Below are positions 7,177 through 17,200 of a stretch of DNA of 64,000 nt, piece after piece. The position numbers and the translations under genes are program-made. How positions within the stretch are numbered: the stretch's first letter is position 1; every line of letters begins with the position of its first letter. The notes under the pieces are model-generated. The model was given only the letters and a program-made list of their open reading frames with translations. It did no database searches and was not told the DNA's origin. Where the stretch lies: the IMG/VR virus record IMGVR_UViG_3300008954_000007. One strand, written 5' to 3'. Source of the DNA: a virus.

Positions 7177-7983
7177 CTATTCAAATTCCCAAAAATTTTC
7201 TTTACTACCATCACTCACTATTCTACGCATATTTCTAACAGCAAAAGACTCTGTAGATTTAGGAGAAGTGATTACAATTATCTTATAGTGTGATGGAAAC
7301 CTTGTTCTACAAGACCCTAAAAGGGATGTGTAGATGTCATCAGCCCTAGATTTGTCTTGGTTATCAACAAACCAATCAGCCTCATCTAGGATTCCTTGTT
7401 TAGTGTTATAGCCCAACCAAGCTTCAGATTTAGAGTGACCACACATACCAACAATATTCTTAGGGAATAAAACCCTATCCTTAGTGTCAATATAGTATGG
7501 AACCCTATGACCTTCAATCTTGTTAACGTCCAATGGGTTATCTACTTGATAAAAGCACTTACTGTGTTTTAGCTTTTCAATAAAGTCTGTAAAAACAATA
7601 TCTCTAGCTTGGGTTTGGTTAGTTGCCATGTTGAGGAAATAAATGTGGGTTCCAACAGCCAATTTACTATACCTTTGTGGATCTCTTAACATAGCTGTTT
7701 GCCAGATGCCCCTGCATTGATAGATAGAGGAGTTAAAACTCTTACCACTACCTTTTCCTAAAATCAACCAAGCTTCTCTTATTTCAGGGTTGTCAATATG
7801 TGTTAGTAGTTGAAGGTTGGCTTCTGATATATCTCTAGATAAGTCCATATATTCTGTTGAGCATATAAACTCAGACATATCAACATACTCTTGCTCATAC
7901 TCAGATCCTTCTTCACCACTAGATATTCTACGACTTAATTCTTCTGAAAAATTAGAAAAAAGATCACTACTTTGGATTTGCAT
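7177..7983 (-). CDS. terL: Terminase large subunit, N-terminal ATPase part
   Basis: Walker A LGKGSGKS, ATNQTQAR, Walker B ILDEAD and coupling motif ITSP. Confidence 0.85.
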   Translation of the reverse strand: MQIQSSDLFSNFSEELSRRISSGEEGSEYEQEYVDMSEFICSTEYMDLSRDISEANLQLLTHIDNPEIREAWLILGKGSGKSFNSSIYQCRGIWQTAMLRDPQRYSKLAVGTHIYFLNMATNQTQARDIVFTDFIEKLKHSKCFYQVDNPLDVNKIEGHRVPYYIDTKDRVLFPKNIVGMCGHSKSEAWLGYNTKQGILDEADWFVDNQDKSRADDIYTSLLGSCRTRFPSHYKIIVITSPKSTESFAVRNMRRIVSDGSKENFWEFE

Positions 7984-8402
7984 TATCGCTTACCACCAAA
8001 ATACTCTTCAGCATGTCCTTCTATTAACAGTATGTCATTAGCACAATAATAATCACTATCTGATTCAAAATCTGTATGTCCAAAAGATCTAGGGAATTCC
8101 TCTGCTTTTGGATCAGACGTATATCCAGTAACATAGATGTTACCTAAGTATCTTCCATACTTTCCTTTTTCAGTTGTTTTCACTAATACTTTTTTATTAG
8201 AACTGTTGATTAAATTATTTAATCTTTTTTTAGCCAATAATCCTTTTTCTTTTTCCTTTAAGTCTTTAGTTCTAGTCTCTGGTGTATTAATCCCACTAAG
8301 CCTTATTCGTTCTTTTTTCCAAGCATTAAACCCAAGATCTATTAGTAAATCTATAGTATCGCCATCTACCACTCTTAAGACTTTTGCTTTATATACATAC
8401 AT
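7983..8402 (-). CDS. Thermonuclease (SNase-like) family protein
   Basis: RVVDGDTI, RIRLSGINTPE and KGKYGRYLG motifs. Confidence 0.9.
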   Translation of the reverse strand: MYVYKAKVLRVVDGDTIDLLIDLGFNAWKKERIRLSGINTPETRTKDLKEKEKGLLAKKRLNNLINSSNKKVLVKTTEKGKYGRYLGNIYVTGYTSDPKAEEFPRSFGHTDFESDSDYYCANDILLIEGHAEEYFGGKR

Positions 8403-9124
8403 TATTGATTATTAGTTGCACCCTCAATTTCTTTTGCCAATTTAATTTTATATTCATCAGGTACATCTGCAGAAGAAATTATTGAAATAATGGTTTCTAC
8501 CATTGCTCTAACATCAGCTAGTTTCACCAATGTTTGTAGTTTAGTTTCTAATTCCATTATATTAGTAATAGTAGTCGTTATTTGCTGAATTAATCTTTGC
8601 GATAATCTAACGTCTTTTTGTTCTGGATAATCCCCATGTTCTTGAACATTATATTGTAAATAAGTTCTTAATAAAGCCACTTCACCCCTTAAGTTAGACA
8701 TTTGTTCATTGTCTACATGCTCATTCCATACATCTAAAAACTCAGAATCTTTAGGTAGTTTAGGGGTGAATCCTGTATTTGTTCTAACAAACTTATCACC
8801 ATGTTTTTCTAAAAAATGTTGTTGAACCTCTTCATCACTTCTACCATAAGGTGAGGCTAAAGATGATTGATCTACTTTTTCTTTTGTTCTATTAGCAGTA
8901 GCACCAACTTCTGGTTTTCTATTGCTGTGAAAAAAACAATGGTTGTGTCTTTCACCTGTATTAACTTGCTTACCACTATCAGGGTCTGTTACCCACTTAA
9001 ATGGTTTTGGTTTTTTACAGGACTTCCTGTCTTCTCCACAGTTAGAACATGTTTGAGTTTTTTGTTCATTACCAAAATATTGACCACAATCACATTTTGC
9101 TTTTAAATAACCACAGTAATCCAT
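8402..9124 (-). CDS. Possible terminase small subunit (Zn-binding N-terminus, helical C-terminus)
   Basis: CxC/CxxC/CxxH N-terminus, LRGEVALLR helix, position upstream of terL. Confidence 0.45.
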   Translation of the reverse strand: MDYCGYLKAKCDCGQYFGNEQKTQTCSNCGEDRKSCKKPKPFKWVTDPDSGKQVNTGERHNHCFFHSNRKPEVGATANRTKEKVDQSSLASPYGRSDEEVQQHFLEKHGDKFVRTNTGFTPKLPKDSEFLDVWNEHVDNEQMSNLRGEVALLRTYLQYNVQEHGDYPEQKDVRLSQRLIQQITTTITNIMELETKLQTLVKLADVRAMVETIISIISSADVPDEYKIKLAKEIEGATNNQ

Positions 9125-9625
9125 TTAAAAAATCCTATAGGTTGGATAGATAATAGGGTCTAAATTGAATATTTTAAGTTTTGGGTCATATTCAATTGGT
9201 ATACCTTTCCATAAGTCTACATTATCTAAAGCAAGAGATTTCTTATACTGTAATCTGAAATCTACATAATCCCTTATATCAACAGCAAAGCTTTTACTAC
9301 TGGTTATTCTTTTTTTAGGGGCTAACATCATTGTTAGAAATAAATATGAGAAGCTTGCATTAATGGCAAAATGACTTAAGGACTCTACTTGATGAGGTTT
9401 TATTTTACTATTGGTGATCTTTTCTATAGAGGTATACTTACACTCTATAGCTTTGAAACCAATATCAAAGAACCAAAAATCACAAGGTTTTTCACTCATA
9501 CTAAATTTTCTTACTTCACTAGGGTCAGCAGGTCTGTACCAATAAAACAGTTGTTTTCTATTATATAGGTAATCTTTATAGTGTTTGAGGGTTGATGAAA
9601 ACACTTTTTCTTGTCTATTTACCAT
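9125..9625 (-). CDS. RecU-like Holliday junction resolvase (PD-(D/E)XK)
   Basis: KPCDF, AIECK and IKPHQ motifs. The start at 9625 (MVNRQE) overlaps the upstream stop; the ORF track extends to 9655. Confidence 0.75.
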   Translation of the reverse strand: MVNRQEKVFSSTLKHYKDYLYNRKQLFYWYRPADPSEVRKFSMSEKPCDFWFFDIGFKAIECKYTSIEKITNSKIKPHQVESLSHFAINASFSYLFLTMMLAPKKRITSSKSFAVDIRDYVDFRLQYKKSLALDNVDLWKGIPIEYDPKLKIFNLDPIIYPTYRIF

Positions 9626-10701
9626 TGTTCTTCTTCCTGGATAGATCCAGACCAAAAAGCCATTCCTCTTCTACGAACAAAAACCAATCCTTCTTTGGTA
9701 ACAGGAGAATAAACATTACCTTTATATTCTTCTTTGATATGATGTTTTCTTTGGGCAGTACTAGCACCTTCTCCATGAATACTTAACTTATACATAATGT
9801 TCTTAGAGGTGATTGTTTGAACACCCTTTTTAGTTTGTATAGTGGTAGTTTTTCCTCTTTGGTCTTTTATTATCAAATTAGTTCTTCTACTTAAAAAAGA
9901 CATTATTGCTTGATAATCTTTAGCTAAATCCTCTGAGACACCACAGAATAAACCAACACTATTGGTTTCTTTATTTTCCCAACCATCTCCTAATAAAGCA
10001 CCCATCATGAATTGATTCAGTAACCTGGGGTGGTCATCGAATATATTGATTAGTCTTCTTTCTTTTTTAATTCTGTTTATTTTATTTAAGGCCCATCTAT
10101 ATAAGATACTATCATATATGGTGAAGTAATGTATTTTATTGGTTTCTCTATCATAACTATACTGTTTCCATCTACCTGGAAATAATATATCCATTACCCT
10201 AGATATTTCACTTATGTTGTGATCTTTACATTGAGTAATTATGATTGCAGCATCTTTTTTGGTTAGGTGACCATCTGTAGCCACTATGCCTAGCCAGTAA
10301 TATAATGTTAGTTGGTTATAATCATAACTACCTATGGTAGTATCTTCACTATTGTTTTTTTGATTTAATTTTACCTTATGGTCTAATACTATATGTTTTC
10401 TCCAAACATGTGAATAAGGTATTCTCTCACATACTTTACTCATTTCATCTACACCACCCATGTGTTGTTTTATGGTGGTTGTCCACATGAATTGGTTTGG
10501 AGTGAATCTTGGGCTTTCCCAATATCTTGTTTTGAAATAGTGTATCTCACCACTGTAGGGTGTTTGAACTATATCTTTACTATTAGCCCATCTAGATTGA
10601 CTAGTGCTAGGATTTTTAACCAAAATTTTTTCATTTTTTTCTATTCTAGAAATTGGCTTAAATCCTTTTCTAGTAAGTATTTCTGTATCATGGCAAAACA
10701 T
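9619..10701 (-). CDS. Free-standing intein-like protein: Hint domain plus LAGLIDADG homing endonuclease, no exteins
   Basis: Block A-like FCHDTEILTRKGF; LAGLIDADG motifs WLGIVATDG and FMMGALLGDG; block F/G-like YKGNVYS..VRRRG..WSGS. Confidence 0.8.
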   Translation of the reverse strand: MFCHDTEILTRKGFKPISRIEKNEKILVKNPSTSQSRWANSKDIVQTPYSGEIHYFKTRYWESPRFTPNQFMWTTTIKQHMGGVDEMSKVCERIPYSHVWRKHIVLDHKVKLNQKNNSEDTTIGSYDYNQLTLYYWLGIVATDGHLTKKDAAIIITQCKDHNISEISRVMDILFPGRWKQYSYDRETNKIHYFTIYDSILYRWALNKINRIKKERRLINIFDDHPRLLNQFMMGALLGDGWENKETNSVGLFCGVSEDLAKDYQAIMSFLSRRTNLIIKDQRGKTTTIQTKKGVQTITSKNIMYKLSIHGEGASTAQRKHHIKEEYKGNVYSPVTKEGLVFVRRRGMAFWSGSIQEEEQW

Positions 10702-11125
10702 CTAAATTAATAAATTTCTTTAAGATTTCCTTTAGGTTGTTGAAATCTTTTTCTTCATATTTTTTAGTATTTGGGTTCCTACCATTCCAAATCCACCTTT
10801 TTATACCATATCCAGCAGATTTATTCACTTTAGTAAATTGAAAAGAACAGAAGTCTGGTAGGTTTTTGATCGTTAAGTATAGCTCTGATTTTTTTTTAGT
10901 AGTTCTAATTATGAATAGTGGGAATTCATCTAAGCATATGAAACATCTGAGGTTAGTATCTTCAGGATAGTCAAAGTTTAGTCGTTTAATATACTTATAT
11001 ATGTGCAGGTGAGATTCATTATTGATTTTTTTTTCTTTAACGCAAAAAACCTCTGGATCGAAAAATTTCATTATCAACTTGAATTCTTCTCTGCCATTCC
11101 AGATATTAACCTTATAATTATCCAT
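10688..11125 (-). CDS. Hypothetical protein
   Basis: 145-aa ORF, first gene after promoter copy 2, overlaps the next gene. Confidence 0.55.
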   Translation of the reverse strand: MDNYKVNIWNGREEFKLIMKFFDPEVFCVKEKKINNESHLHIYKYIKRLNFDYPEDTNLRCFICLDEFPLFIIRTTKKKSELYLTIKNLPDFCSFQFTKVNKSAGYGIKRWIWNGRNPNTKKYEEKDFNNLKEILKKFINLDVLP

Positions 11126-11135
11126 ATAGTGTTAT

Positions 11136-11165
11136 AACAAAAACTAGCTTAAGCTAGTTTTTGTT
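11136..11165. repeat. Perfect 30-bp palindrome (terminator/attenuator-like)
   Basis: AACAAAAACTAGCTT|AAGCTAGTTTTTGTT. Confidence 0.75.
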
Positions 11166-11202
11166 TTCCTTATGTGACCTTTATAAAAAACCTTCTATTT
11201 AT

Positions 11203-11241
11203 ATAATACAACATTTTCTGGAGCCTTTGTGCTGAAAACAT
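11203..11241 (-). promoter_or_regulatory. Phage promoter motif, copy 2
   Basis: 35/39 identical to 3928-3966; -10-like TATTAT. Confidence 0.65.
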
Positions 11242-11245
11242 CAAA

Positions 11246-12052
11246 TTAATTTTCTAGTTTAGAAAATTTATCATTTTCAACGTCATACACCATTGGAATA
11301 TTTTCCTTATAGGCTTCACACTTCTCAAAATATCCACACCACATACATCTTTTTTCAGTAGGTTCAGCTAATAGGTGAGTTCTATCTAGCTTATCAGCAG
11401 ATTTCCTAGCAGAATCAATTAGTGTGTCTACATGTCTGCTGTTTCTTTGGGTTTGCATAAATGTTCCATGTCTTATTAAATACAGACCCATATAATCAGG
11501 CGTATACCCTAGTTGCTTTAAGAACCAATAATATGCAGTTAATTGAATAGAATTATCAACCTCTTCTTGGGATGGTGGAGTTTTTTGTGATTTCCAATCT
11601 ATGAGATATATAGAGTCGTTTTTTTCAAACACACAGTCTATATATCCAGATAACCAGATATGGTCAACTAGAGGGAACCTACAATATTTCTCTACCATTA
11701 TTGGTTGGCTTAAATCCCATCCTCTAAAAATATAATCATTTTTCCAATCATCAAGTAGTTCACTTCCCATTTTATAGAAGTCAACTTTTTTCTTTAAGTG
11801 TTCAGTATCTGATAGAAAGATGTTTTGATAGTCTTTATTCCATTTTTCTAAAATGAAACTTTCATTGTGTACTTGACCAAATTCAATAACATGAGCAATG
11901 GTTTCATGTAGGGTACTACCAAAAGAACCATATACAGACCAGGGGTTTTGAAGCCTTTGTTCTGGAAGTTTCTGTATATACTTAAGGTGTGTTTTGACAC
12001 CACATCCATCACTATTTAGATCCTTAATTGAACTTGCGCTTAGTCTTATCAT
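11246..12052 (-). CDS. Cas4/RecB-like PD-(D/E)XK exonuclease with probable Fe-S cysteines
   Basis: LSASS..C, GSTLHE, GYIDC..IDWKS, QLTAY and CMWCGYFEKC motifs. A GAGG RBS supports the start at 12052 rather than 12133. Confidence 0.85.
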   Translation of the reverse strand: MIRLSASSIKDLNSDGCGVKTHLKYIQKLPEQRLQNPWSVYGSFGSTLHETIAHVIEFGQVHNESFILEKWNKDYQNIFLSDTEHLKKKVDFYKMGSELLDDWKNDYIFRGWDLSQPIMVEKYCRFPLVDHIWLSGYIDCVFEKNDSIYLIDWKSQKTPPSQEEVDNSIQLTAYYWFLKQLGYTPDYMGLYLIRHGTFMQTQRNSRHVDTLIDSARKSADKLDRTHLLAEPTEKRCMWCGYFEKCEAYKENIPMVYDVENDKFSKLEN

Positions 12053-12115
12053 AATTAACCTCAAATTTTTATTAGTATAACACAAAAATATTTTTTTTAA
12101 AATAGAAATTTTATC

Positions 12116-12144
12116 TTGCACTGGAATTATCAATGTGATATCAT
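12116..12144 (+). promoter_or_regulatory. Sigma70-type promoter of the sigma-factor gene
   Basis: TTGCAC-17 bp-TATCAT with extended TG. Confidence 0.6.
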
Positions 12145-12176
12145 ATTCTCACCTTCAAAAAGGAAGATGATTAATT

Positions 12177-12959
12177 ATGAATGTTGAAACTATGATAGCA
12201 GCGTCCAAGGGTGATGTCTCCAGTATGGATGAAGTTTTTCTTTATTGCCAACCTTTAATTACCAAATTAGTTTGGAAACGCTATAGGGATAGCAATATTT
12301 ATCGCAGCTACATTGATATTGAGGATGTTTGCCAAGAGGTGTGTTTAGGTGTTTTAAGTAGGATTAAGTATTTTGATGTTAATAAACTAGGGGAAGACTT
12401 AAATAAGTTTATTTTGTATATTATTTATAGTTCTCTAAGTTTATTTCTTGCCAGAGAAAACACAAGTGCTAAGAGCATCCCTATAGATAACTATATGTTC
12501 TTACCTAATGAAGAAGAGAAGAATGAATATTCACCTAAATATTGGATAGATGATACTGTAGATAGTGATTTTTTTCATGATGAATTAAACTTAGAGGATG
12601 AGGTTGTCTTAGGAGATTTAAAAAACGAAATTATTAAAAAAGTTGTATTCTATAAAAGTAGAGATTGGGGAACCTATAGGGTTTTCCCTAGCAACAGGGT
12701 AAGTGTCGTTAACTATATGTCTTTATCTCAAGCTTTTTTAGATGGTCACACACATAGTGAAATAGGGGAAATGTTTTCTACAAATACAGACTTTACATCT
12801 AATTATTGGAGAGTATTTTCAACTAGGTTTGTAAAGGATGTTTTATCCCCTATAACTTTAATGCTATTGGATACTGATTCTTACTATAGGAAATATTATA
12901 GTGAAATTAGTGAAAAAGCTAAGAAGTTTATTATAGGGGAAAAAGGGGAAGTTTTTTAA
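12177..12959 (+). CDS. Phage-encoded sigma-70-like RNA polymerase sigma factor
   Basis: Region 2-like AASKGD..YCQPLITKLV..EDVCQEVCLG..KYFD; region 4 HTH-like GHTHSEIGEMF. Confidence 0.7.
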   Translation: MNVETMIAASKGDVSSMDEVFLYCQPLITKLVWKRYRDSNIYRSYIDIEDVCQEVCLGVLSRIKYFDVNKLGEDLNKFILYIIYSSLSLFLARENTSAKSIPIDNYMFLPNEEEKNEYSPKYWIDDTVDSDFFHDELNLEDEVVLGDLKNEIIKKVVFYKSRDWGTYRVFPSNRVSVVNYMSLSQAFLDGHTHSEIGEMFSTNTDFTSNYWRVFSTRFVKDVLSPITLMLLDTDSYYRKYYSEISEKAKKFIIGEKGEVF

Positions 12960-12976
12960 CTTTATTATTAAAATAG

Positions 12977-13013
12977 AAAAAGGGAGAGGCTAAAAGCCTC
13001 TCCCTTTTTTTTT
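12977..13013 (+). terminator. Rho-independent terminator
   Basis: GGGAGAGGCT-aaa-AGCCTCTCCC followed by T9. Confidence 0.9.
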
Positions 13014-13053
13014 GTGCTAGTTTTATGATACCATTAGGAAAAATGGATCTATC

Positions 13054-13446
13054 ATGAACGAAGAAAGACAGGATTTATTAAGTGAATTAACAGATGATGT
13101 AGGTAGAACCCATGAAAGACATGAAGATAGATTGGATGCAGCTAAAGAAATAAATATAGGTCTATTAGAGGTCATTAAAGACAGACAGAAGAAAAAGTTT
13201 CAACTGTCATTAGCTCTTATTTCCATTAAGCTAATACTTGTAGGTATAATAGCTATGGGTATAATTACAAAAAACTCTTTAACAGAGGGTTGGAAAGAGG
13301 TAATCCTAGTAATTGTGGGTGGATATATTTCTAGTTTTGCGAAGCTAGTGGAATTTTGGTATAACAGTCCTGCTGATGACCAGGAATTAGTAAGATCTAG
13401 TCAAGACTTCTCCACTGGATTAAATGGAAATGGACACCATAGGTAA
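13054..13446 (+). CDS. Two-TM membrane protein (possibly holin-like)
   Basis: Two hydrophobic helices; the function is a guess. Confidence 0.5.
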   Translation: MNEERQDLLSELTDDVGRTHERHEDRLDAAKEINIGLLEVIKDRQKKKFQLSLALISIKLILVGIIAMGIITKNSLTEGWKEVILVIVGGYISSFAKLVEFWYNSPADDQELVRSSQDFSTGLNGNGHHR

Positions 13447-13449
13447 CAT

Positions 13450-14223
13450 ATGCAAGGCATAACTGAATACAGTAAACAATTTGAAAATGATTATCCATTT
13501 TCATATCACACTCTTTTAGAGAATGAATTTTCTTTAGAGCTTAATGATATCATGGGTGATTATCAGGGGTTGTTTTTAGATAATTTAACTAAATTAGAAA
13601 ATACATATAATACATTAAAAGACAATACTTTATATAGATCTCCTGAAAATTATTATAATTTCTACAAACCAGTTAATCGTTGGATAGAAAAGTGTTTGTA
13701 TAAATATTATATGATGTCTTTACAAATAGGTGGAAGACAGGCGTTTGTAGATTTTAATCAAAACCCTGGTAATTTTAAGCCAGATGTTGGGGATATGAAA
13801 GAACTATCTATAGAGGCCAATTTAAATGCAGAAGGTATTTATAGTGGTTATAAAACTTTGGTGTTAGAAAAATTAAAGCCATCGTTTGAAAAAGATCTTG
13901 AGTTTTCTAAGTTTGTAGAGGATGTGGGGTCTTATAAGGGGTTTGAAAAGGCTTTTAACCCTTTTAAAGCTTTTAGGCCAAATACACTACAATCTGTAGC
14001 AGAATTGGTTGTTTCTGGTGTTAGTAAGTTTATCAATAGGGGTAGGTTGAATATCTATAAAGCTACCAATAAAGTTTCTCTTTTCATTTATAAAACTAGA
14101 AATGATGAAAGGGTTTCCACTATTTGTAGACCTTGGCATAATAGAGTTTTAAAACCAGATGCTATATCTGGAATAATACCTCAACATAAAAACTGTAGAT
14201 GCACTATAGTTCCTTATTTCTGA
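13450..14223 (+). CDS. Head morphogenesis protein (SPP1 gp7/Mu gpF family)
   Basis: C-terminal DERVSTICR..IPQHKNCRCTIVP motif. Confidence 0.85.
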   Translation: MQGITEYSKQFENDYPFSYHTLLENEFSLELNDIMGDYQGLFLDNLTKLENTYNTLKDNTLYRSPENYYNFYKPVNRWIEKCLYKYYMMSLQIGGRQAFVDFNQNPGNFKPDVGDMKELSIEANLNAEGIYSGYKTLVLEKLKPSFEKDLEFSKFVEDVGSYKGFEKAFNPFKAFRPNTLQSVAELVVSGVSKFINRGRLNIYKATNKVSLFIYKTRNDERVSTICRPWHNRVLKPDAISGIIPQHKNCRCTIVPYF

Positions 14224-14245
14224 AGACCCAATTAGGTTAGCCAGG

Positions 14246-17200
14246 ATGGTTGAACAATTAAGAAAAAAATTAAACACCTTACCTCTACTCATAGAAAAAA
14301 AGAGGGATGGAACTTGGGATCAAGCCATTTTTTCCTTAGAAGAGGTGGAGTTTTTTAAAGATGCCCCTAGTCATTGTCAAGATATAATAGACGACATTAA
14401 TGAACTGAAAAAAAAGGGTTCATCTAAATCTAATGAAACTGAAGAAGAGGCAGAAAGTACAAGTAGAATAGCCAGATACGCTAAGGCAAAGGAATTTTAT
14501 AATCAAAATAAAGGAGAAGGGGATATAGGCTTTGATGATATTTTAAGTAAATATGTTAAGTTCCATTTAGAGGGAGAATCAAACACTAAAGATAGGGATA
14601 CTTTATTAAATACAAAAGTTGGTAAAAGGACAATTAAAGTAGAGGGTGGAGAGGATAGAACTGAAGAGATATATCTTTTAGAGAAATTTGATGGATATAC
14701 AGAACGTGGAAATAAAGCGTCTCTTTATTATTCTGGTTTAGATGATACAGTTTCAGGAAGAGATAAAAGTGGAAATTTTAATGTAGTTAAGGGCGTTAAA
14801 CTAGTTGATGTTGAACTTGCATCTAATACATACGCAGAGCAAGATTTTACTCTAAAAAAATGGGATAGTAGAGAAAGAAGTGATTTAAATAAGAAGTATA
14901 ATGAATGTTTGAAACTGTTCCCTAGTTCTCATAGATTGTTGGCTAAAGAACAGTTAAGGTTTATGAGGGATTTGGTTTCTGGTGAAGGAAGTGAAAACCT
15001 AGTAACAGAAATATCCAATCAATTACAACAATTCGCAGTCTTGTTTGGTGAAGAAGGGGGAAAGATAACGCATCCAGATACTGGGCAAGTGGATATTGTA
15101 AGTACAGAAGAAGGATGGAGAAAACGTGGAGATTCTATTCTATATGGTAAAAGTTTAAACAACAACTATAAAAAAACTTTGTTTGTAAGTTATTACTTGC
15201 CTGAAATGGAGTTTAAGAAGTCAGACTTTAAAGTTGATTTAGAACAGGGTAATTTTTCAGAGATTATAAAACCCAAATCAAAATATGAAGATGAGCAATA
15301 TAAAAATTACTTTAATTCTCTTTCAACTATCTCTCAATATGAGAACGTTTTAACGATGTTGAGAAATATGGTACTTGATCCAGGGTTTAAAGAACTTTTA
15401 GGTGACTCTGATATAGAGAGAGATCAGCTTTGGAGAAGGATTTTAGATGAAAGTGGGATAATAACTTCTGTTTTTGGTATAGAGGGGCATAATTATGTCA
15501 ATGAAAAAGAAAGAACAGTAACAAAACAAACACTAATAGCTGAAAGAGAAAAAATTACAGGCTTAAAAGAACTGGAATTAATAGATAGGGAGATAGAACA
15601 CCTTAAGAAAAACATCTTATTAGAAGAGTTTAAGATAAACACTAAGTCACAGCAAACAAGAACAATAGAAGGGGTTGATATATCTTTATCTAACTTAAGT
15701 AGAGAACTAAAGATAGCAACAGAAAAAAGAAAAGAATTAATCAGTGACAAAAAAAATAAAATAACACATGACTTCAAGTTTTCATTTTCACCAGAAGAAA
15801 ATGTTGATGTAGGTAAAAAACAAACTGTTTTAGGAGAAGAGTTTGGTGTTTTGAAGAAAACTTCTTTTAAAAACAATATAACTGAGGAAAGGAGTTTAAT
15901 CTCAGGTGTTGAGTATATAGGGGCAACAGATGCAAAATATTATGAAGAATCTTATGTAGCAGTGCAGAAAATTGTAAGATCATTAGAGGAATCTTACTCT
16001 AAGGTGATAGGGTTTTTAAGTGATGAGGAGAACAAACAAATAGTAGAAGCATTGTTTCCTAAAGGTGAGGGTGAATCCTCACTAGATAATTTAAAGAAGA
16101 ATTTAAATTATCATGCTAGTGATGCTGCTACAAAGTTTGGTGCTACTACAGCATTATTTCACAGAGATCAGCAAGCATTGATAAATAGACTTTTTCAGAA
16201 TATGTTTAGCAACTCTATTGATAATCCTCAACATCTTCCTCTTTTATCTATCTTTGGTGGTATGGGTCAGGATTTAGAACAGTTTGAGGGTGGGTTTGCA
16301 ACAGCTAAAGCTAAAGCTAAAACTTTAAGGATTCATTATGGTGTGAGAACAGGAGATTATCCTTTAGGTAATAAGCAATATAGAGAAGCCATTCAAGAGT
16401 TCTATGAGAAATACCTTTTAAAGTCAGAGTTAGAAGGTTCAGATGATGCTGCTGAGAAATTGATGACAGAACGTGTTTTAACTGAGATACCTAATTCAAG
16501 ATTAGTTTCAGGAGCAAGGATAAAAAATCCATTTGATAGTGAAGTTTCAGGTATTACAGATAATGATACAAATAAGCCATTTAGAGATTATATAAATAGT
16601 AGTGTTGTAGACTTAAGGAATTATCAGAAGTCACTTTGGGATAGAAGAGGGGTTTTGTGGGGAAATTTAACTGAAGTTAGGGATACTCTAGGGAAGATGT
16701 CTTTAATGGATTATTTGAAATATCAAGTAAAACAATCAACTTCTGAATTAAGTGGAGATTGGTATGATGAAATTGAAGAAATAACATCTGAGATAAGGTC
16801 AATTGATCAAATAGCTGGAACTAGAGTAAAAAGAATAGTTGATAATAGACAAGAGAATTTTCATTCAGATTATGAGTTACAAGATGGAGTAATACATACT
16901 AGTAAGATAGATGGTTTAAGTTATGCACTACTTGACTATAGAACAGAAGAAGATATATTTAGAAATATAGAGACAGGTGTAGAGACTATAGCCCCTTTGG
17001 GTTGGAGAGAAGATCCAAATTGGTCAGGTAAATTACCATATCAGGAGTATGTTGAGGATAAGAAAATCCAAATTACACCTGAATGGACTTTATTACATAA
17101 CTCTAAAGGTAGGGTTCCAGGGTTAAAGACAGGAGAAGAATGGGGTTCACCAGTTTACAGGACTAATCTTCAGTATTCTAGTGTTGGTGATATAGATAAA

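Noticed and set aside
10688-10712. Frameshift restoring Cys1 of the intein (TGT TTT in the neighbouring frame)
   Set aside because: That frame has a TAA three codons upstream, so there is no N-extein, and the C-terminal Asn is missing anyway.
11246-12052. Cas4-like gene as evidence of a CRISPR adaptation module
   Set aside because: Solo Cas4/RecB-like nucleases are common phage recombination genes, and it lies about 10 kb from the array.
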